NCBI GenBank assembly: GCA_035702165.1
Contig: DASSQW010000104.1
Location: 1 to 55,543, forward strand
Source of the DNA: Candidatus Nanopelagicales bacterium
GTDB lineage: Bacteria > Actinomycetota > Actinomycetes > S36-B12 > CAIYMF01
Length of the DNA stretch: 55,543 bases
Direction: 5' to 3'
Part shown: piece after piece, positions 50,107-55,543 of the stretch
Position numbering within the stretch: the first letter of the stretch is position 1
Layout: every line of letters starts with the position of its first letter
The notes under the pieces: model-generated
What the model saw: only the letters and a program-made list of their open reading frames with translations
What the model was told of the DNA's origin: nothing
Database searches by the model: none
Position numbers and translations under genes: made by a program

Positions 50107-52656
50107 CTACTCGCTGGCGATGGCCCGGAGGACGTCGAGGCGCGACGCCGTGAAGGCCGGCCACAGGGCGGCGACGAGCCCGCCGACGATGCCCAGCGCG
50201 AGGAACCAGCCGATCTGCCCGCCCGGGATGGCGAGGACGGTGACGCCCTGCGGCTCCAGCACGCGCTGCAGCAAGGCGCCGTAGACCAGGCCCAGCGCGA
50301 CGCCGAGCGCGGCGCCGAACAGCGAGATGAGCACGGCCTCGAGCACCACCATCCGACGTACCTGCGGACGGCTGGTACCGACCGCGCGGAGCAGCCCGAC
50401 CTCGCGGCGGCGCTCGTGCACCGACAGCGCGAGGGTGTTGACGATGCCGAGGAACGCGACGATGACGGCCAGCGCCAGCAGGGCGTAGATGAAGCCGAAC
50501 ACACGGTCGAACTGGCTGTTGATCTGGTCCTTGATGCTCGCCTGGTCCTGCAGCGTGACCGTCGGGAAGGGCGCGAGCCGCCTGTCGAGCTCGGTCTTGA
50601 CGGAGCCGAGGTCGGCGCCGGACGCCGCCTTCACGTAGATCGCGGTGTCGAGCTCGCGCGCGCCGATCGACATCAGCGTCGGCATCGACGTGATCCAGCC
50701 CTGGTAGGCGCCGGCCTCCTGGTAGATCGCCGCGACCGTGAGCTTGCCGGTGCCGTTGACGAAGGTGCCGGTGATCGTGTCGCCCATCCGGGCACCGACC
50801 GCGGCCGCGGTCTTGTCGTCGACGGCGACCTCGCCGAGCGCGAGGTCGGACAACGAGCCCGACACCATCGTGAGGTCGACGACGTCCGTGAACTTCGCCG
50901 GCTCGACCCCGGTCAGCGCGCTCTGCGAGTCCTTCACCTTGATGGGCACCTGGCGCACGTAGGTGACCGTCGAGGTGCCCGGCGTGTCCTTCACCGCGTC
51001 GTAGACCTTGGGCGAGAAGGGCTGAAACTTGGCGCCGAAGACGATGTAGTCGGCGCCGATGGTGGTGTCGACGACGTCGGCGACCGACGCCTTCGTCGAC
51101 GCAGCGATGACGCCGATCGCGGTCATGAGCGCGAGGCCGATGGCGAGGGCGCTGGCGGTGGCGGCGGTGCGCCTCGGGTTGCGGCGCCCGTTCTCGCGTG
51201 CGAGGCGTCCGACAGCGGTGCCCGAGAACGGCCAGCCGAGCACGCGCAGCACGCCGCGCCCGATCATCGGGGCGAGGGCGATGACCGCGACCAGCGCGCA
51301 CAGCGCCGAGACGCCGACGAGCTGCGCCGCGCGGGTCCCGTCGTCGGTGGTGACCAGCCCGCGCTGCGCGGTGACGACGGCCAGCAGGAGGAGCACCGCG
51401 CCGACGATGGTGCGGACGAGCAGGGAGCGGGTGGGGAGCTCGATCTCGTCGCGCATCGCTGCGACCGGCGGCACGACGGCCGCCCGACGGGCCGGCACGT
51501 ACGCCGACACCACGGTGACGAGCACGCCGACCACCAGCGCGACGACGATCGTGCGGGGCTCGATGACCAACGGGCCGCTCGGGAGCTGCGCCCCGAAGCC
51601 GCTGAGCAGCACGCGCAGCCCGAGCGAGACGAGGACGCCGCCCACCACCCCGAGAGCCGCGGCCAGCACGCCGAGCACGGCGGCCTCGGCGAGCACAGAG
51701 CGGCGCACCTGCCCGCGGCTCGCGCCCACGGCGCGGAGCAGCGCGAGCTCGCGCGTGCGCTGGGCGACGAGCATCGAGAAGGTGTTGAAGATGAGGAACA
51801 CGGCGACGAACAGAGCGATGAACGCGAAGGTCAGCAGGAACACGTTGATGAACTGGAAGGCGGTCTGCAGCCGGTCGGCGATGTCCTGGCTGCGCTGAGC
51901 GCCGGTCTGCACCTGGACGGCGGTGCCCAGCTCCTTCTTCACCGCGACCGCGACCTGGTCCTGGCTGACGCCGGCCTCGGCCTTCACGACGACGCCGGTC
52001 ACCTGGTCCGGGGCCTGCAGCAGCAGGCGCTGGGCCGTCGCGAGGTCGAACACCACGAGCGTGCCGCCGTCGCTGCCGGAGATCCCGCGCGAGACCAGGC
52101 CGACGACCCTCGGGCTGACGTCTCCACCGGGCGTCGAGAGCCGGACGGTGTCACCGACCGCGACCCCGGCAGACGTGGCGGTCGACTCGAGCAGCGCCAC
52201 CTGGCCGGGCCCGGTCGGGGCCGACCCGCTGGTGAGGCTGAGGGGGTAGATGGTCGCGTCCGGGACCCAGGCGGCACCGCGGGCCGCGGAGCCGGCCTGG
52301 CCCACGACCTTGCCGTCGGAGCCGATGACGATCGCGCCGTCGGCGTTGACCACGCCGTAGGCCTGCGCGACGCCGGCGACGGAGGAGACCCGCGCGATGT
52401 CGGACGCCGGGAGCGTGGGGACGGCGTCGCCGCTGGCCGGCGGACCGCCGCCGCCCGGCCCCTGGCCGACGTTGCTCGCGGACGTGACCGTGAGGTCGGG
52501 CAGGGGAGAGGTGAACAGGGCGTCGAAGGAGCGCTTGAGCGAGTCGGTGAAGATGAACGTGCCCGCGACGAAGGCGACGCCGACGACGACGGCGAGCAGG
52601 GTGAGGACCAGTCGCAGCTTGTGCTGGAGCAGCGAGCGGAGCGCGGCGCGCAGCAT
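50107..52656 (-). CDS. FtsX/MacB-like ABC transporter permease (duplicated)
   Basis: HKLRL, NTFSMLVAQRTRELALLRAVGA, RNPRRTAATA, NTLALSVHERRREVGLLRAVG. Confidence 0.93.
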   Translation of the reverse strand: MLRAALRSLLQHKLRLVLTLLAVVVGVAFVAGTFIFTDSLKRSFDALFTSPLPDLTVTSASNVGQGPGGGGPPASGDAVPTLPASDIARVSSVAGVAQAYGVVNADGAIVIGSDGKVVGQAGSAARGAAWVPDATIYPLSLTSGSAPTGPGQVALLESTATSAGVAVGDTVRLSTPGGDVSPRVVGLVSRGISGSDGGTLVVFDLATAQRLLLQAPDQVTGVVVKAEAGVSQDQVAVAVKKELGTAVQVQTGAQRSQDIADRLQTAFQFINVFLLTFAFIALFVAVFLIFNTFSMLVAQRTRELALLRAVGASRGQVRRSVLAEAAVLGVLAAALGVVGGVLVSLGLRVLLSGFGAQLPSGPLVIEPRTIVVALVVGVLVTVVSAYVPARRAAVVPPVAAMRDEIELPTRSLLVRTIVGAVLLLLAVVTAQRGLVTTDDGTRAAQLVGVSALCALVAVIALAPMIGRGVLRVLGWPFSGTAVGRLARENGRRNPRRTAATASALAIGLALMTAIGVIAASTKASVADVVDTTIGADYIVFGAKFQPFSPKVYDAVKDTPGTSTVTYVRQVPIKVKDSQSALTGVEPAKFTDVVDLTMVSGSLSDLALGEVAVDDKTAAAVGARMGDTITGTFVNGTGKLTVAAIYQEAGAYQGWITSMPTLMSIGARELDTAIYVKAASGADLGSVKTELDRRLAPFPTVTLQDQASIKDQINSQFDRVFGFIYALLALAVIVAFLGIVNTLALSVHERRREVGLLRAVGTSRPQVRRMVVLEAVLISLFGAALGVALGLVYGALLQRVLEPQGVTVLAIPGGQIGWFLALGIVGGLVAALWPAFTASRLDVLRAIASE

Positions 52657-52660
52657 CGGC

Positions 52661-53395
52661 TCAGACCCGCCCTGCCTCGAACGCCTTCATGCGCTCGAGC
52701 ACCGTGGGGGCGGTGGGCTCGGCCATCTCGTCGACGATGCGGCCGTCGGCGAGGAACAGGACGCGGTCGGCGTACGACGCCGCACCCGGGTCGTGGGTGA
52801 CCATCACGATGGTCTGGCCGAAGTCGTCGACGCTGCGGCGCAGGAAGCCGAGGACCTCAGCGCCGGAGCGGGAGTCGAGGTTGCCGGTGGGCTCGTCGGC
52901 GAACACGATCGTCGGCCGGCTCGCGAGGGCGCGGGCGCACGCTACGCGCTGCTGCTGGCCGCCGGAGAGCTCGCTGGGCCGGTGGGTGAGCCGGTCGCGG
53001 AGACCGACGGTGTCGATGACGGTGTCGAGCCACTGCTGGTCGGGCTTGCGGCCGGCGATGTCGAGCGGGAGCGTGATGTTCTCCAGCGCGGTCAGGGTCG
53101 GCACCAGGTTGAACGCCTGGAAGACGAAGCCGACGGCGTCGCGGCGCAGGATCGTGAGCTTCTTGTCCGAGAGCCCGGACAGGGCGACCTCGCCGATCCA
53201 GACCTCGCCGGACGTCAGCGCGTCGAGGCCCGCGAGGCAGTGCATCAGGGTGCTCTTGCCCGAGCCGGACGGACCCATGATGGCGGTGAACCGCCCCGTC
53301 TCGATCTCGACGTCGACGGAGTCCAGCGCGGTGACGCGCGTGTCTCCGGAGCCGTAGACCTTGGTCAGGGACGTGGCGCGGGCGGCGGGGGTCAC
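52661..53395 (-). CDS. ABC transporter ATP-binding protein (LolD/MacB-like)
   Basis: GPSGSGKST, LSGGQQQR, FADEPTGNLD, VTHD. Confidence 0.95.
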   Translation of the reverse strand: MTPAARATSLTKVYGSGDTRVTALDSVDVEIETGRFTAIMGPSGSGKSTLMHCLAGLDALTSGEVWIGEVALSGLSDKKLTILRRDAVGFVFQAFNLVPTLTALENITLPLDIAGRKPDQQWLDTVIDTVGLRDRLTHRPSELSGGQQQRVACARALASRPTIVFADEPTGNLDSRSGAEVLGFLRRSVDDFGQTIVMVTHDPGAASYADRVLFLADGRIVDEMAEPTAPTVLERMKAFEAGRV

Positions 53396-53454
53396 GCGTC
53401 CACGCTAACCCGGGCCCTGGGAGCGTGCTCCGCCGATCCCCAGCGGTGCCAGGC

Positions 53455-54327
53455 TCAGGCCGGGGCGGTCGGCAGCGGCGGCGGGGTCCCGCCGAAGGAG
53501 GGGCAGCGCGACTTGTGGTCGCACCAGTCGCACAGGCGGGACGGGCTGGGTCGCCAGTCGCCCGTCTCGTGGGCGCGCTGGATGGCTTCCCAGAGCGCCG
53601 ACACCTTGCGCTCGGTGGCGCGCAGGTCGTCCTCGTCGGGCTCGTAGCGCAGGATCTGCTCGTTGCCGAGGTAGAGCAGCTGCAGCAGCCGCGGGACCGT
53701 GCCCGTGGCCCGCCAGAGCACCAGGGCGTAGAAGCGCATCTGGAACAGCGCCTTCTGCTCGTAGCCCTCGCCGGGAGCACGACCGGTCTTGTAGTCGACG
53801 ACGCGCGTGTCGCCGGCCGCGTTGCGGTCGAGCCGGTCGACGTAACCGCGCAGCACCAGCCCGTTGTCGAGCGCGGTCTCGACTCGGAGCTCGCGCTCGG
53901 CGGGCTCGAGGACCGCCGGGTCCTCGAGGCGGAAGTAGGTCTCGAGGAGCGGGACCGCGGACGCGAGCCACTCCTGCGCCTCGTCGGGGGAGTCGAACAG
54001 CTCCGTGACCAGGGCCTCGTCCTGCTCGCGGACGGTCTCCCACGCCGTCGGCAGCATGGAGGTGGCGGTCTCGACAGTGCGCTGGTCGGCCGGGAGGTCG
54101 AAGAGGTCCTCCAGCACCTGGTGCACGACGGTGCCGCGCACGGCCTCGCGGCTGGGCTTCTCGGGGATCCGGTCGACGACGCGGAAGCGGTAGAGCAGCG
54201 GGCAGGTCATGAAGTCGGAGGCGCGCGAGGGCGACAGCGACATGCTGGGCCCGGTCTCCCAGGCCTGCGCCGGGTCGACCACCTCGAGGGTGGTCGCGGC
54301 GGTGGTGCCGTCCTGCTGCTCGGTCAC
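53455..54327 (-). CDS. RecB-family PD-(D/E)XK exonuclease with 4-Cys Fe-S staple
   Basis: LSPSRASDFMTCP, RGTVVH, RGYVDRLD, VDYKTG, QMRFYA, LCDWC..KSRCP. Confidence 0.92.
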   Translation of the reverse strand: MTEQQDGTTAATTLEVVDPAQAWETGPSMSLSPSRASDFMTCPLLYRFRVVDRIPEKPSREAVRGTVVHQVLEDLFDLPADQRTVETATSMLPTAWETVREQDEALVTELFDSPDEAQEWLASAVPLLETYFRLEDPAVLEPAERELRVETALDNGLVLRGYVDRLDRNAAGDTRVVDYKTGRAPGEGYEQKALFQMRFYALVLWRATGTVPRLLQLLYLGNEQILRYEPDEDDLRATERKVSALWEAIQRAHETGDWRPSPSRLCDWCDHKSRCPSFGGTPPPLPTAPA

Positions 54328-54417
54328 GGGGCGACCCTACGGCGGCCCGCCGACAACGCGGACGACTCGCCACCCCGGCGTGCCGGTCCGCGGTACCCGT
54401 CCGCCTACTGTGGACGG

Positions 54418-55536
54418 GTGGCGGACGAGCAGCAGGGGTCGGGGCTGTCCTTCCGCCTGGGCGGGATCCCGGTGCACATGCCGTGGAGCAGCCTGCTCGG
54501 CATCCTGCTCATCAGCTACTTCTGGATCGACTTCTTCCGCTTCGACCCCGCCGACCAGACCAAGGCCTACCTGCTGACCGGCGTCTTCGCGGTCCTCTTC
54601 TACGTCACCATCCTCGGTCACGAGCTCGCGCACGCGGTGTCGGCACGCCTGTCCGGCTTCCCGGTCAGCGGGATCACCCTCTGGTGGCTCGGCGGGTTCA
54701 CGTCCTTCCGCCGTACCGTCCCCTCGCCGCTGCGCGACGGCCTGATCGCCGCGGCCGGCCCGTTGACCTCTCTCGCGATCGGGCTCGGGTGCGCCGCGGT
54801 CGCCACGGCGACGTACTCGGGCAGCGTCGAGGTCTACGTCCTCGCCTACGCCCTGGCCTGGTCGAACGTCTTCCTCGCGGTCTACAACGCGCTGCCCGGG
54901 CTGCCGCTCGACGGCGGCAACGTGCTGCGCGCGATCGTCTGGGGCATCACCCGGGACGAGCGACGGGCCACCGTCGTCGCGGCGTGGGGCGGCCGCATCG
55001 TCGCCATCCTCGTGGTCACCCTCCCGTTCTGGTCCGCGCTGCGCCGCGGGGAGGCGCCCGACCTCCTCAGCGTGGTGTTCAGCGTCGCGATCGGCTTCTT
55101 CCTGTGGCAGGGCGCGTCGCAGGCACTGCGCAGCGCCGCCATCACCTCCCGGGTGCCGAGGCTGTCGGCGCGTGCTCTGGCGAGACCGGCTGTCGTCGTC
55201 GCCGCGGACACGCCGCTGGCGGAGGCGCTGCGGCAGGCCGAGGCGGCCTCGGCCACCGCGCTCGTCGTCGTCGACTCCGCCGGGAGGCCGACCGCCATCG
55301 CCAACGGCGCGGCGATCGACGCCGTCCCGGTGGAGCGGCGCCCGTGGGTGCCGGTGTCGTCGGTGTCGACCGCGTTCGACCCACGGGCCGCGGTGTCGGC
55401 CGAGCTCGTCGGCAACGACCTGCTGCAGGCGCTGCTCGCCGTCCCGTCCGAGAGCTACCTCGTGGTCGAACCGTCCGGCCAGCAGGTGGCGGTGCTGGCG
55501 TCGGCCGACGTCGAGCACGCCCTGAGCCACGACTGA
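54418..55536 (+). CDS. Site-2 protease (M50) with C-terminal CBS-like region
   Basis: HELAH, AAGP, YNALPGLPLDGG; GTG 6 nt after TACTGT. Confidence 0.92.
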   Translation: MADEQQGSGLSFRLGGIPVHMPWSSLLGILLISYFWIDFFRFDPADQTKAYLLTGVFAVLFYVTILGHELAHAVSARLSGFPVSGITLWWLGGFTSFRRTVPSPLRDGLIAAAGPLTSLAIGLGCAAVATATYSGSVEVYVLAYALAWSNVFLAVYNALPGLPLDGGNVLRAIVWGITRDERRATVVAAWGGRIVAILVVTLPFWSALRRGEAPDLLSVVFSVAIGFFLWQGASQALRSAAITSRVPRLSARALARPAVVVAADTPLAEALRQAEAASATALVVVDSAGRPTAIANGAAIDAVPVERRPWVPVSSVSTAFDPRAAVSAELVGNDLLQALLAVPSESYLVVEPSGQQVAVLASADVEHALSHD

Positions 55537-55543
55537 GCCCCTC

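Noticed and set aside
53455-54327. RecB-family nuclease as Cas4 of a CRISPR system
   Set aside because: No cas1/cas2 or array; it sits in the usual housekeeping position opposite the site-2 protease

Overview
High-GC actinobacterial chromosomal window, densely coding (about 55 CDS), mostly core genome. In order: the conserved pgsA2-gcvH-garA-like FHA-MerR(ftsR-like)-bifunctional nuclease-MerR cluster; a tandem glycine riboswitch and gcvP; an accessory stretch (ABC-2/TetR operon, ABC-F, orphan catechol 2,3-dioxygenase, PhzF, molybdopterin oxidoreductase, two secreted zinc proteases); tRNA-Leu(GAG); then the conserved block M20 peptidase-DUF5703-RecD-like-AKR-LLM-uppP-corA-phosphomutase-DUF3090-SCO1664-mshC ... 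PAC2-metH-HAD ... RecB-family nuclease-site-2 protease, which normally precedes the Pup/proteasome locus. No integrase, transposase, prophage or true CRISPR array is visible. Most notable: an orphan LanC-like cyclase beside a small Cys/His protein near mshC; a 4.3-copy 65-bp multi-hairpin tandem array that supplies a stop codon; a degenerate RecD2-like pseudo-helicase that seems to need a CTG start; three copies of a CTCGAC-N5-GTCGAG-type palindrome around the MerR cluster; a duplicated tRNA terminator flanking a protease gene; and very frequent leaderless gene architecture. All calls come from motif recognition by eye; no database searches were run.
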